Below are positions 30,821-41,645 of a DNA stretch of 64,000 nt, piece by piece. The notes under the pieces were generated by a model. That model was given only the letters and a program-made list of their open reading frames with translations. It was not told the origin of the DNA and searched no databases. Positions within the stretch are counted from its first letter, which is position 1, and the number at the start of each line of letters is the position of its first letter. The DNA is from an uncultured delta proteobacterium. Its GTDB lineage: Bacteria; Desulfobacterota; Binatia; UBA9968. Where the stretch lies: NCBI GenBank assembly GCA_963847445.1, contig CAWJZV010000048.1, positions 1 through 64,000 on the forward strand. The letters are read 5' to 3'. Made by a program: the position numbers and the translations under genes.

Positions 30821-32138
30821 CTAAGCCGCATCGACGATGGCCGACTCGAAGATTTCCACGGCGGTGCCGATCTGTTCTTCAGTTACAATCAACGGCGGAC
30901 AAAAACGCAGCGTGCTTTCGCCGCAGCTCAGCAGCAGCAAGCCTTTCTCGAAGGATTTCTGCATGACACGGTCGCGCAATTTTCCATCCGGCTTGTGGTT
31001 GCGCATCTTCGAAGTCGACGCCGATCATCAGGCCCAGGCCGCGCACGTCGCCGATCACCTGATGGTCCGGTTTCAGCGCAGTGAGTTTGTCCTTTAGCAC
31101 CGGCCCGACTTCGGCGGCGTTCTCGATCAAGCCTTCTTCCAGTAATTCGATCGTCGCCAAGGCCGCGGCGCAGGCCACCGGATTGCCGCCGTAGGTGCTG
31201 CCATGGGTGCTGTCTGTCCAGGTGCTGATCTCGTCGCGGGCGATCATGGCGCCCAGCGGCATGCCGCTGGCGATGCCCTTGGCGGTGCAGAGAATATCCG
31301 GCTCGATGCCCCAATGCTCGCAGGCGAACATCTTGCCGGTGCGGCCGAAGCCGGACTGAATCTCATCGGCGACCAGCAAGATGCCGTACTTGCGGCATAG
31401 CTCCTGAAGCATCGGCAGATACTCCGGCGGCGGCACGATGTAGCCGCCTTCGCCTTGCATCGGCTCGACGAAGATCGCCGCGACCTCCTCCGGCCGGACA
31501 TCGTGGCGAAACACCACCTTCTCCAGAACGTTGACGCATTCGATGCCGCAGGAGCCATATTTCAATTGATACGGACAGCGATGGCAGAAGCCGTAGGGCA
31601 CATGATGCACGCCGGGAATCAGCGGCCCGAAATGGGCGCGGTGCGACGCCCGGCTGGCGGTGAGCGATAGCGCGCCCATGGAGCGGCCGTGAAAGGCGCC
31701 ATGAAAAGCGATCACATGCTGGCGTTTGGTGTGATAGCGCGCGAGCTTGAACGCGGCCTCGACGGTCTCGGTGCCGGAATTGGTGAAGAAAACTTTTTTG
31801 CCGCCGTTACCCGGCGCCATGCGCGCCAGCTTCTCGGCCAGCTCGACCATCGGTTCATAGTAAAAATCGCTGCCGCAGATATGGAGAAACTTGCGCGCCT
31901 GCTCTTCGATCGCCTTGACCACCCGCGGATGCGCGTGACCGGTGTTCGCCACCGCAATGCCGGCCATGAAGTCGAGAAATAGATTGCCGTCGACGTCTTC
32001 GATCACACAGCCGCGCCCTTCCTTGACCACCAACGGATAGACACGGCCGTAGGCAGGCGCGGTGCATTTCTCATCGCGCTCGACGATCGCTTTGGCTTTG
32101 GGACCGGGAAGCGCTGTTTTGATATCGGGAATTTTCAT
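30821..32138 (-). CDS. Class III PLP aminotransferase (4-aminobutyrate/acetylornithine-type; C-terminal frameshift)
   Basis: NSGTE, FHGRSMG, EPMQGEGG, DEIQSGFGRTGK, AKGIASG. Confidence 0.9.
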
Positions 32139-32221
32139 AATCAATCCGCTTGGGTTAATCGAGTACCAGTGGCGATGGTTCCAATTCGCGGCGTCGATCA
32201 CTCCATTTCTCCAATTTCATG

Positions 32222-33713
32222 CTATTCCGCGTTATCGATCTGTGCCTTCTGCAGTTTGCCCGAGTAGTCGACGTAGATCGACTTCCACTCGGTGAAAATA
32301 TCGTACACCGTGGTGCCGGCCTCGCGGTGGCCGTTGCCGGTGTCTTTGACGCCGCCGAATGGCAGATGCACTTCGGCGCCGATGGTCGGACCGTTGATAT
32401 AGGTAATGCCGGCCTCGATGTCGCGCATGGCGCGGAACGCGCGCGTCACATCGTTGGTGTAAATCGAGCTCGACAGTCCGTACGCCGTGTCGTTGAGCAC
32501 AGCGATGGCTTCCTCGAAGCTGGAGACTTCGATGATCGACAGCACCGGGCCGAAGATTTCTTCCTGGGCGATGCGCATGTTGGGCTTCACCTGGTCGAAG
32601 ATCGTCGGCTGAAAAAAGAATCCCTTGGCGCAAGCGCCGCCATCGTAAACCGCGCCACCGGTGCGCAGGCGCGCCCCTTCGCTCTTACCGATCTCAATGT
32701 AGCGTAGAACTTTTTCACGCGCGGCTTGATTGATCAGCGGTCCCATCTCGTTGCGCTCATCGAGGCCGTCGCCGATCTTGATTTTCTCCGCCCGCGTTAC
32801 CAACGCATCGATAACCTTTTTTGCCACGTCGCGATGGACGATCAGCCGGCTGGTCGCCGTGCAGCGCTGGCCGGTGGTGCCGAAGGCGCCCCATAGCGCG
32901 CCTTCGACGGCCAAATCGAGATCGGCATCTTCCATGACGATCTGCGCGTTCTTGCCGCCGAGTTCGAGGGATACGCGTTTGAGATTCTGGCCGCACACCG
33001 AAGCGATCTCGCGACCGACTGCGGCGGAACCGGTGAACGAAACCAACTGCACGTCCTTATGACGCACCAACGCCGCGCCGACATCTTCGCCGCGGCCGTG
33101 TACCAGGTTGACGACGCCCGGCGGCACGCCGGCCTCGCTGAGGATCTCGACGAAGCGGGTTGCCGTGTGCGGCGTGTCCTCGGCCGGTTTGAGAATCACC
33201 GTATTGCCGCAAATCAGCGCGGGAAATAGTTTCCAGGTTGGAATCGCCAGCGGGAAATTCCACGGCGTGATCAGTCGCGCACACGCCGATTGGCGTGCGC
33301 ACCGACATGGCGAATTTGTTGGGCAACTCCGCCGGCGTAGTCTCGCCGAACAGTCGCCGCCCCTCGCCGGCATTGAGAAACGCACAGTCGATGCCTTCTT
33401 GAACATCGCCGCGGGTTTCCTTCAACACCTTGCCCATCTCGCGAGTCTCGATCTGCGCGAGATCTTCCTTGTGTTTTTTTAACAGGTCGCCGACGCGGTA
33501 TAGAATCTCACCGCGCTTGGGCGCCGGCACCAGACGCCAAGCGGCAAAGGCTTTCTTGGCGGCTGCCACGGCAACATCGACATCATCGGCTCCCGAGGCG
33601 GGAAACAATCCGATTAAGTCGTCGGTATTGGCAGGATTACGGTTTTCGAAGGTTTTACCGGAACCGGCCGCCTGCCACTTTCCGTCGATAAAATTTTCGC
33701 ATTGCTGCGCCAT
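32222..33713 (-). CDS. NAD(P)-dependent aldehyde dehydrogenase (frameshift near 33280)
   Basis: [33 protein letters not shown]. Confidence 0.92.
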
Positions 33714-33916
33714 AACGAATCTCCTGCAACCACAAGCCTGATCGCTCCGACACGAGCATTCTAAAGGGCCACAACGATGAACACAACGTAAAATTGACCG
33801 GCGGGCCAGATTCAAACCCGGTCCGATCGACAGCGAAGATGTTCTTTACAATTAACCCTAACATTGATATTGACCGACGAACATTTAGCCCCTGTTTGTA
33901 GAGGTTTCGGTTAATT

Positions 33917-35946
33917 ATGGACATGGTCTCCGCGCTGTTTTCCGGACTCGTACAAGTTTTCAACTGGTCGACCTTCAGCTTGATGATGGTTGGCATCGCC
34001 GTCGGTTTCGTCGTCGGCATTCTTCCCGGTCTCGGCGGCCCGACCGCGATGGCGCTGATGCTGCCGTTCGTCTTCAAGATGAACGCGGTCGAAGCCTTCG
34101 CTTTTCTTCTCGGCATGACGGCGGTCACCGCGACCACCGGCGACATTACCTCGGTCTTGTTCGGCGTCCCCGGCGAGCCGACGACCGCGTCGACCATCGT
34201 CGACGGCCACGCCATGTCGCGCAACGGCGAGGCGGGGCGCGCCCTCGGCGCGGTGCTGATGAGTTCTCTGGTCGGCGCAGTCTTTGCCGGCTTCGCGCTT
34301 GGCGCCGCGGTCCCGGTCATCCGGCCCCTGGTGCTCTCCTTCGGTTCACCGGAATTTTTCATGCTGGCGATCCTCGGCATATCGTTCGTCGCGGCATTGA
34401 GCGGTGAAGACCCGTTAAAAGGCATCATCGCCGGCGGCATCGGTTTGATGCTGGCGACCATCGGCCTCGATCCGATCTCGGGCATCCAACGTTACACCTT
34501 CGGCCAACTTTTTCTTTGGGACGGCATCGGCTTAGTGCCGATCACGATCGGCTTCTACGCCATTCCCGAAACCATCGAACTCGCCGTCCTGGGCAGCAGC
34601 ATCGCCAAGAAAGAAGTCGGCGAGCTCGGCGGCGTCATGGAAGGCGTCAAGGATACCTTTCGCCATTTTTGGCTGGTGATTCGCTGCAGCGCTCTCGGCA
34701 CGGTCATCGCGATCATTCCCGGCATGGGCGCGGCGACTACTCAGTGGCTCGCCTACGCCCACGCGGTGCAAAGCTCGCCGAACAAAGAACGCTTCGGCAA
34801 AGGCGACGTGCGCGGCGTGTTGGGACCCGGCGCGGCGAATAATTCGACCCTCGGCGGCAGCTTGATCACGACCATCGCCTTCGGCGTCCCCGCCAGCGTG
34901 GTCATGGCGATCCTGCTCGGCGCCTTCATCATTCAAGGCATCGTCCCCGGCCCCGACATGCTGCTGCCGCCGCCCAAGGGCAAACTCGACCTGACCTTTT
35001 CGTTTGTCTGGGTCATCATCATCTCCAACATCATCACGGTGGCGATTTGCTTTCTCTTCCTAAAGCCGCTGGCGAAAGTCACCCAGGTGCGCGGCGGCAT
35101 CATCATCCCGATCATCCTCGTGTTGATTTATCTTGGCGCATTCGCCGAAAAAAACGCTTTCGAAGATATGGTGATCTGTTCTGGCTTTCGGTGCCCTCGG
35201 CTGGATCATGGAGAAACTCGATTGGCCGCGGCCGCCGGTGCTGTTAGGACTGGTGCTCGGACCGCTGTCGGAAAACCGTTTGTTCCTGTCGACGGATAAT
35301 TACGGCTTGGCGTGGACCCACCGTCCGGGAGTCATCGGCATATTTATCGTGACGTTGATCGGGATTTTTTATCCGATGTATAAGAACCGCAGGGAAGCGC
35401 GAGCAAGAGCGTCGGCGCCAGGCAACGGCAATGGATTAGCGGACACACCGCGGCATGGCGGGCTGCAATTCGGCAACGCAACGATGTTCACTGGCGCGCT
35501 GATCCTGATACTCGCACTGGCGCTCTGGCAGAGCCGCAACTTCGGTTACCGCGCCGGCCTGTTTCCCTGGGTCATCGGCATACCGACGTTTGTCCTTTGT
35601 TTCTTGCAGTTGGCGCGAGATCTGCGCGGCACACATAAAAAGGCCGCGGCACACCTCGGTGAAGAACCCGAGGTTGAAATCACCCGGGAAGTGGTCAGTC
35701 AAAGAACCATCGCGGTGATCGCCTGGACCCTCGGCTTTTTCGTCGCCATCTGGCTCCTGGGCTTTTCCATCGCCGTGCCGCTGATGATCCTGTTGTATTT
35801 GAAAATAGCCGGCAAAGAGAGCTGGCTGATGACGGCGCAGGTAACCTTTTTCTCCTGGCTGTTTTACTGGGGATTATTCGAAAAGCTACTGAACGTGCCG
35901 TTCCCCGAAGGGCTCTTGATCGGTCTGCTTCAAAGGCGGGCAGTAG
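33917..35946 (+). CDS. TctA permease, apparently fused to a C-terminal TctB-like domain (frameshifts near 35180 and 35930)
   Basis: GILPGLG, GVPGEP, GAANNS, PVLLGLVLG, followed by four further TM segments ending LNVPFPEG. Confidence 0.85.
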
Positions 35947-35952
35947 GGATGA

Positions 35953-36041
35953 TCGAGATCGGAAATCAGATGACGGAGGTCAGAATTCCCATCCAATGCG
36001 GGTTCCGCTCTGACATCCGACCTCTGAATTCCGATCTCTGA
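35953..36041. repeat. Inverted heptamer-type repeat between convergent genes
   Basis: gatcggaaatcaga..cggaggtcaga facing tctgacatccgacctctgaattccgatc. Confidence 0.6.
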
Positions 36042-36053
36042 CTCGTCAATCGA

Positions 36054-38348
36054 TCATTTCGCGCGCGCCGCCAAGCCGCGCCAAACTTTCTCCGGCGTTA
36101 GCGGCAAGTCGTACATGCGCAATCCGGTGGCGCGATAAACCGCATTGCCGATGGCCGCAGCCACCGGCATTAAACCGCCCTCGCCTGTGCCCTTGGCACC
36201 GAACGGCCCCGGTCCATTGTGACTCTCGACCAGAATGGTTTCGAAATCCTTGGGCAAGCTATTGAAACTCGGCACGCGGTAGTCGACCAGGTTGGGGTTT
36301 AGCAGCTGGCCATCCTTATAGACCATCTCTTCCATCAGACTATGGCCGATGGCGTTCATGACGCCGCCTTCGTCCTGGCCCTCGCACAACACCGGATGAA
36401 TCGCCCGGCCGACATCGGCTAAGGAAACATACTTGAGCAACTTGATCTCGCCGGTGTCGCGATCGACTTCCACTTCCGCCGCGCCCCAGGCGATCTCCCA
36501 GAAATTGGTCGGCGAGCCCAGAGCAGCTTTGGCGCTCTTGAGCGACTGATAGGCGCCGTGGCCGACGAGCTCGCCGGAACGCGACAAGAAAATTTTCTGC
36601 ATCAGCTCGACAAATGACAGAGTTTGATTCTTCGGCCCGACAATCTTGCCGCCGCTGAGCTGCAACTGTGCCGCTTTGGTTTTGAGAATCTTGGCGGCAT
36701 GGCGGACAATCTGCCGCTTCAAATCCTGCGCCGCGCGCTGCACCGACAAGCCCATCACGACCATCGAGCTGCTGGCGTTGGTATTGACATCGTAGGGCGT
36801 GATCTCGGTATCCAGTTGCGCCACGGTGACGGCTTCGAAAGGAATACCCAACTCCTCGGCGCACACTTGGCTCAACGCCGTGCGCGCCCCCTGGCCGACT
36901 TCGACGGTGCCGGTAAGCAGCACGACGCTGCCGTCGGCATTCATCTTCACCGCCGCCGACGAGACTTTGTAGGTGCCGCCGCCGTCTTTCATGCACACCG
37001 CCAGGCCGCGGCCGCGATTGGGTTTGGTAATCTTTTGCTTCCAGCCGATTTCCTCGGCGGCTTGCAGCAGACCCGCTTTGAGATCGCAGTCCACCGGCGT
37101 ATCCCCCGGCGTGTACAGGTCGCCTTTCTTGAGCAGATTCTTGATGCGGAATTCGAGGGCATCGAAGCCCAACTTGTCGGCGATGATATCCATCTGCGAC
37201 TCATAAGCCCAGGTCACTTGCAGCGTGCCGAAACCGCGGTAGGCGCCCGCCGGCACGGTATTCGTATAAATGGTGTACGCGTCGGTCTTCATATGCGGGA
37301 TGCGATAAGGCCCGAAGCAGCGATAGCCCGCCTTCTGCGTCACCCGCGGACCGGCGTCGGCATAGGCGCCGGTTTCCATGTGGATCAGACATTGGCGCGC
37401 CACCAGTTTGCCATCCTTGTTCACGCCGGTCTTAATCCGCACCCGCGCCGGATGGCGCGTGACGGTCTTGAAACTCTCTTCGATCGTATGGGCCAAACGC
37501 ACCGGCCGCTTGGCCTTCCACGACAACACCGCGGCCAACGGCTCGGTCTTCACCGCCAGTTTGCCGCCATAGCCGCCGCCGACGTAGGGCACGATGACGC
37601 GAATCTTGCTCTGCGGCAGATGAAAAATATCCGCCAGATGTTCGCGCAGCGTGAACGGCTCCTGAGTGCCGGCCCAGAGCGTCAAGCGGTCGCCGGCGAA
37701 ATCGGCCACGGTCGCATGCGGCTCCATGGAGAAATGCTGCACCCGCGGAAAGGTAAAAGTGTTTTCAAAAACATGATCGGCATTTTTAAAGCCGGCCTCG
37801 ACATCGCCGTTGGCATAACTGAAACGATAGCAAAAATTACTGCCGCTGAATTCTTTCGGCGTTTCGTAGCGCTGCCCCATGAGCTCGCCGCCGCTGGCCG
37901 GCGCCTCGTGCACCAGCGGCGCGTTTGCCGCCAGGGCCTCATCGATACTGGTCACCGCGGGCAAATCTTCGTACTCGACTTCGATCAGTTCCAAGGCTCG
38001 CGCCGCCGTCGCTTCGTCGACCGCCGCCACCGCCGCCACCGGATCGCCGGCGTAGCGCACTTTGTCGACGGCAACGATGGTTTGATCTTTGTAAGCGGCG
38101 CCGAACATGCGCAGTCTTTTTTGATCTTCGCGCGTGATTACGGCGAGCACTCCCGGCAACATTTCAGCTTTGCTGCCATCGACGCGCACCAGCCGCGCAT
38201 GGGCGTAGGGACTGCGCAGGATCTTGCCATGGGCCATGCCGGGCAGATCGACATCGACGGTATAAAGCGCTTTGCCGGTTACTTTCTCGGCGCCGTCGTT
38301 GCGCAGTTCCGCTTTGCCGATGACCTTGTAGGATTGGGCTTTTTTCAT
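36054..38348 (-). CDS. Xanthine dehydrogenase family molybdopterin-binding subunit
   Basis: LRSPYAHA, GGGYGGK, AYRGFG, EVGQG, GAKGTGE. Confidence 0.93.
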   Translation of the reverse strand: MKKAQSYKVIGKAELRNDGAEKVTGKALYTVDVDLPGMAHGKILRSPYAHARLVRVDGSKAEMLPGVLAVITREDQKRLRMFGAAYKDQTIVAVDKVRYAGDPVAAVAAVDEATAARALELIEVEYEDLPAVTSIDEALAANAPLVHEAPASGGELMGQRYETPKEFSGSNFCYRFSYANGDVEAGFKNADHVFENTFTFPRVQHFSMEPHATVADFAGDRLTLWAGTQEPFTLREHLADIFHLPQSKIRVIVPYVGGGYGGKLAVKTEPLAAVLSWKAKRPVRLAHTIEESFKTVTRHPARVRIKTGVNKDGKLVARQCLIHMETGAYADAGPRVTQKAGYRCFGPYRIPHMKTDAYTIYTNTVPAGAYRGFGTLQVTWAYESQMDIIADKLGFDALEFRIKNLLKKGDLYTPGDTPVDCDLKAGLLQAAEEIGWKQKITKPNRGRGLAVCMKDGGGTYKVSSAAVKMNADGSVVLLTGTVEVGQGARTALSQVCAEELGIPFEAVTVAQLDTEITPYDVNTNASSSMVVMGLSVQRAAQDLKRQIVRHAAKILKTKAAQLQLSGGKIVGPKNQTLSFVELMQKIFLSRSGELVGHGAYQSLKSAKAALGSPTNFWEIAWGAAEVEVDRDTGEIKLLKYVSLADVGRAIHPVLCEGQDEGGVMNAIGHSLMEEMVYKDGQLLNPNLVDYRVPSFNSLPKDFETILVESHNGPGPFGAKGTGEGGLMPVAAAIGNAVYRATGLRMYDLPLTPEKVWRGLAARAK

Positions 38349-38357
38349 CCACCGACC

Positions 38358-39665
38358 TCAGTTGCTAAACTTTGTCTTGATCCATTCGATCGCGTCGTCG
38401 CGGCTGTGCAATTCGCCGCCCAACTGCGCATCTTCGACCTGGCGCAAGATTTCCTTGAATTGCGGCCCCGGATTGAATCCCAGTTCGATCAAGTCGCCGC
38501 CGCGCACCAGCGGTTCGGGACGAATCTCTTCGTCCTTCAACTCGCCGCGACGCTCTTGGCAGAAGCGATAATAACTCAAGTCGCCATTGGACGACAACGC
38601 GTCGATGCGCGCCAACTCAAGCAACTCATCGATGCCGTCCTCGCGCAGAAAACGCTTCAACGTGCTCAAGCGCATCTGCGGCGCCTGCACCTGGCGCAGG
38701 TGATTGCGCACCAGATAGGCAACTCGCTCCCACACCGCGCGGCCGCGCTTGAGCCTTTTAAGAATTTCCTCGGCCATCTCAGCGCCCTGTTCGGTGTGGC
38801 CGTAAAAAGTGATGCGCTGCGCTTCCTGGCGAATACAGAGAGGCTTGGCGACGTCATGGAGCAGACAACCGTAAGCCAAAGTTTCGCTAGGATTTTCCAA
38901 ATGGCTGAGTAGCAGCATGGTATGCGTGAATACATCGCCCTCGGGATGAAAGTCTGGCGTCTGCGCGGTGCCCTTCATGGCGACGATCTCCGGCAAGATA
39001 ATTTTCAGCAAACCGCTTTCGTCCAACAGCTCAAAGCCGCGCCTGGCGCCGCCTTCGGTCAAGATGCGGGTAATTTCCTCGCCGATCCGTTCCCCGGAAA
39101 TCACTGCGATGCTGGGCGCCAAGTTTTGTATCGCGGCAAATGTCGGCGGGTCGATAGCGAATTTCAGACTGGCGGCAAACCGCACCGCGCGGATCATGCG
39201 CAAGCGGTCTTCCTCCAGGCGCGCTTGGGGGTCGCCGATGGCGCGAACCAAGCCGCGCCGAAGATCCTCTTGCCCGCCGACCAAATCGATGACTCGATCT
39301 GCGATCGGATCGTAGACCATGCCGTTGATGGTAAAGTCGCGCCGGTGAATGTCCTCCTCCAAAGTACCGTAACGCACCGCACTCGGCCGGCGGCCATCGA
39401 GATACGGGCCGTCATGACGGAAACTCGCCACCTCATACGGCGCGCCGTCGAGCATCACCACGATCACGCCAAATTGCGCTCCCACCGGTATCGTGTTGGG
39501 AAAAATGCGCTGGATGTCTTCAGGCCGGGCGCTGGTCGCGATGTCGTAGTCCTGCGGCTCTTTGGCGAGCAGCATATCGCGCACGCAGCCGCCGGCGAGA
39601 AGGCACTCGTAGCCTTCCGTACGCAAACGCTGGACAATCGAGATCGCTTGGGCGCGGGTCGACAC
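38358..39665 (-). CDS. cca: CCA-adding tRNA nucleotidyltransferase with HD domain
   Basis: GGCVRD, DYDIAT, RRDFTING, EDRLRMIRAVRF, HPEGDV, LHDVAK. Confidence 0.88.
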   Translation of the reverse strand: MSTRAQAISIVQRLRTEGYECLLAGGCVRDMLLAKEPQDYDIATSARPEDIQRIFPNTIPVGAQFGVIVVMLDGAPYEVASFRHDGPYLDGRRPSAVRYGTLEEDIHRRDFTINGMVYDPIADRVIDLVGGQEDLRRGLVRAIGDPQARLEEDRLRMIRAVRFAASLKFAIDPPTFAAIQNLAPSIAVISGERIGEEITRILTEGGARRGFELLDESGLLKIILPEIVAMKGTAQTPDFHPEGDVFTHTMLLLSHLENPSETLAYGCLLHDVAKPLCIRQEAQRITFYGHTEQGAEMAEEILKRLKRGRAVWERVAYLVRNHLRQVQAPQMRLSTLKRFLREDGIDELLELARIDALSSNGDLSYYRFCQERRGELKDEEIRPEPLVRGGDLIELGFNPGPQFKEILRQVEDAQLGGELHSRDDAIEWIKTKFSN

Positions 39666-39735
39666 TGCTATACCGTTCCGACTGAGATAGTAATTCTAAA
39701 TAATCAAACGACCGACTCTAACCGGCGATCACCGG

Positions 39736-40122
39736 TTAGGGGGAGAAGGTGACATCGACGGCAGGGATCAGTTCCTTTACCTTTCCTTGCAGCTCTTGAA
39801 AAGTAAAGGGCTTGACGATGTAACTGCTGCATCCGGAAGCCATACAGTTTTGCAAATCGGCGTCGCGAAACAACGCCGTCGCCGCCAGAATTGGAATATC
39901 CTTGGTCGCCGCGTTGGCTTTGAGCTCGCGCGCCGCTTCCCAGCCATCCATGCCTGGCATCATGATGTCCAAAATAATCAGGCGGGGATTCTCCGACTGA
40001 GCCTTTTGCAACCCTTCGCGCCCCTGCTTTGCGGTGACCGCGGCATAACCCATCAACTCGATTTGCCAAGTGAGCAACTCGCGCATATCGGCGTGGTCTT
40101 CGATGATCAGGATTTTATTCAT
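39736..40122 (-). CDS. Single-domain response regulator (DivK/CheY-like)
   Basis: IIEDH, LDIMMPGMDG, ATA, KPF. Confidence 0.9.
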   Translation of the reverse strand: MNKILIIEDHADMRELLTWQIELMGYAAVTAKQGREGLQKAQSENPRLIILDIMMPGMDGWEAARELKANAATKDIPILAATALFRDADLQNCMASGCSSYIVKPFTFQELQGKVKELIPAVDVTFSP

Positions 40123-40163
40123 GGTTGTGGAATCAATTATAACTGCGACACAGTTCAAAGCAA

Positions 40164-40178
40164 GCACAACCCATGCCG
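40164..40178 (-). promoter_or_regulatory. Possible sigma54 (-24/-12) promoter of the response regulator
   Basis: Minus strand CGGCATGGGTTGTGC, GG-N10-GC spacing, about 40 bp upstream of the ATG. Confidence 0.3.
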
Positions 40179-40325
40179 CTTAATCAGCGCCGGACCAGCT
40201 TTAAATAACTGTATTACGAAGAGAATTGGCCCCGAATATAGTCCAAAGGTAGCCATTCGGGTCACCGTCAGCAAAATTGACAGCCGCCGCCGCCAACTGG
40301 CAGATGGTTCCGGTTAATTTGGCAC

Positions 40326-41645
40326 CTATTGCACGGTGATTTTCTGTTGGTTACCAACAACGACCGTAATAAAGTTTTCCGGGCTTAGGTGCGTACGCGC
40401 CACCCGCTGAATATCGGCACGGCTGACCTTGCGGATGAGTTCGCCATAGCGATCGGGATAATCAAGGCCAAGTTCATAATACTCGACCTGGCCCAAAAAC
40501 CCGGCAATTTTGCCATTGGTATCGAAACGTAAAGGGAAGCTACCGATTAGATAATCCTTGGCGTCGCTCAGTTCGACCTCACTTACCAGCTCCTCACGCA
40601 TGCGCCGAATCTCCTCACGGGCCAAGCGTATCGCTTCTTGCGCGCTCTCGTTCTTGGTCTGCATGACGAATTGAAAGCTGCCATGGCTTTTCTCAGCAGC
40701 GAAATGACTGTAGACGGAATAGGCCAAGCCGCGCTCGTTGCGGATCGAGTCCATCGCCCGCGACGAAAACCCGCCGCCGCCGAGTATGTAGTTCATCACC
40801 TGGATCGCGTAGTAGTCAGGATGGCCCCGCGGCACCCCGCCATGACCGAGGATGATATTGGCTTGCGTCAGATCCTTGTTGACCCGCAGGATTTTCGCAA
40901 CATCGCTCTGCACCGGCGCCGTCGGTGCTTTACTCGGTTCTCCTTTGGACCAGTTCTTGAGTACTTGGTTGAGCGCCGCGCTAATCTCCTGCTCGGAAAC
41001 ATCGCCGACCACCGACATGATCGTCCGGTTGGGACGATAGTAGCGCTTAAAAAATTCTTGCACCCGTTGCCGATCCAGCCGTTTTACCGAAGCTTCCGTC
41101 CCCTCCACCGGCCGGCCATAAGCGCTGCCGGGAAACAATGCCGCGGCAAACACATCGCCCGCCACGGTGCCGGGATCTTCTGCTTTGGCCTTGATCGAGG
41201 CAATGATCGCTTGCTTTTGCCGGTCGATTTCCGCCGGCGGAAAGCTCGCACCGGTGAGGATTTCGGCGAGTAACTGCAAACCAACGCCCAGGTCCTTCTT
41301 GAGTATCGTCAAGCTCATCGTCGCCAAGTCGTCGCCGCAGCCGGTATCGAGACCGGCGCCGATGAAATCCAACGTCTCGCTGATCTGCAGAGCGCTTCGC
41401 TTGGCCGTGCCGTCGGTCAAAAGTTGCGAGGTTAGATGAGCCAGGCCGGTATGTTCCGCGCTCTCATGGCGCGCGCCGGCATCGATCAACAACTCGATGG
41501 CAACCGTCGGCAAAGCCCGCTGCTCGGAGGTCAGCAACACCAGGCCGTTAGCGAGCACGGTGCGTTTCGGCACCATCGCGGCATGTGCCGGCATGCCCTG
41601 CGTCAACAAACTGAACAAAAAAAGACCGATCAATCCACGCATCAT
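40326..41645 (-). CDS. M16 family peptidase, non-catalytic subunit
   Basis: M16 fold motifs, HxxEH degenerate (HLTSQ), ILGGGGFSSR, RNERGLAYSV. Confidence 0.9.
   Translation of the reverse strand: MMRGLIGLFLFSLLTQGMPAHAAMVPKRTVLANGLVLLTSEQRALPTVAIELLIDAGARHESAEHTGLAHLTSQLLTDGTAKRSALQISETLDFIGAGLDTGCGDDLATMSLTILKKDLGVGLQLLAEILTGASFPPAEIDRQKQAIIASIKAKAEDPGTVAGDVFAAALFPGSAYGRPVEGTEASVKRLDRQRVQEFFKRYYRPNRTIMSVVGDVSEQEISAALNQVLKNWSKGEPSKAPTAPVQSDVAKILRVNKDLTQANIILGHGGVPRGHPDYYAIQVMNYILGGGGFSSRAMDSIRNERGLAYSVYSHFAAEKSHGSFQFVMQTKNESAQEAIRLAREEIRRMREELVSEVELSDAKDYLIGSFPLRFDTNGKIAGFLGQVEYYELGLDYPDRYGELIRKVSRADIQRVARTHLSPENFITVVVGNQQKITVQ

Noticed and set aside
36054-38348. Aerobic CO dehydrogenase (coxL) assignment
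   Set aside because: It lacks AYXCSFR or AYRGAGR and has no coxM/coxS neighbours.
36624-38912. 762-aa plus-strand ORF and similar long antisense ORFs (e.g. 55275..56504, 20098..21156, 13144..14172)
   Set aside because: These are shadow frames opposite well-supported genes in high-GC DNA, with no recognisable motifs.
40319-40334. TGGCAC..TTGC sigma54-like motif
   Set aside because: The GG-to-GC spacing is too short and it overlaps the end of a gene.
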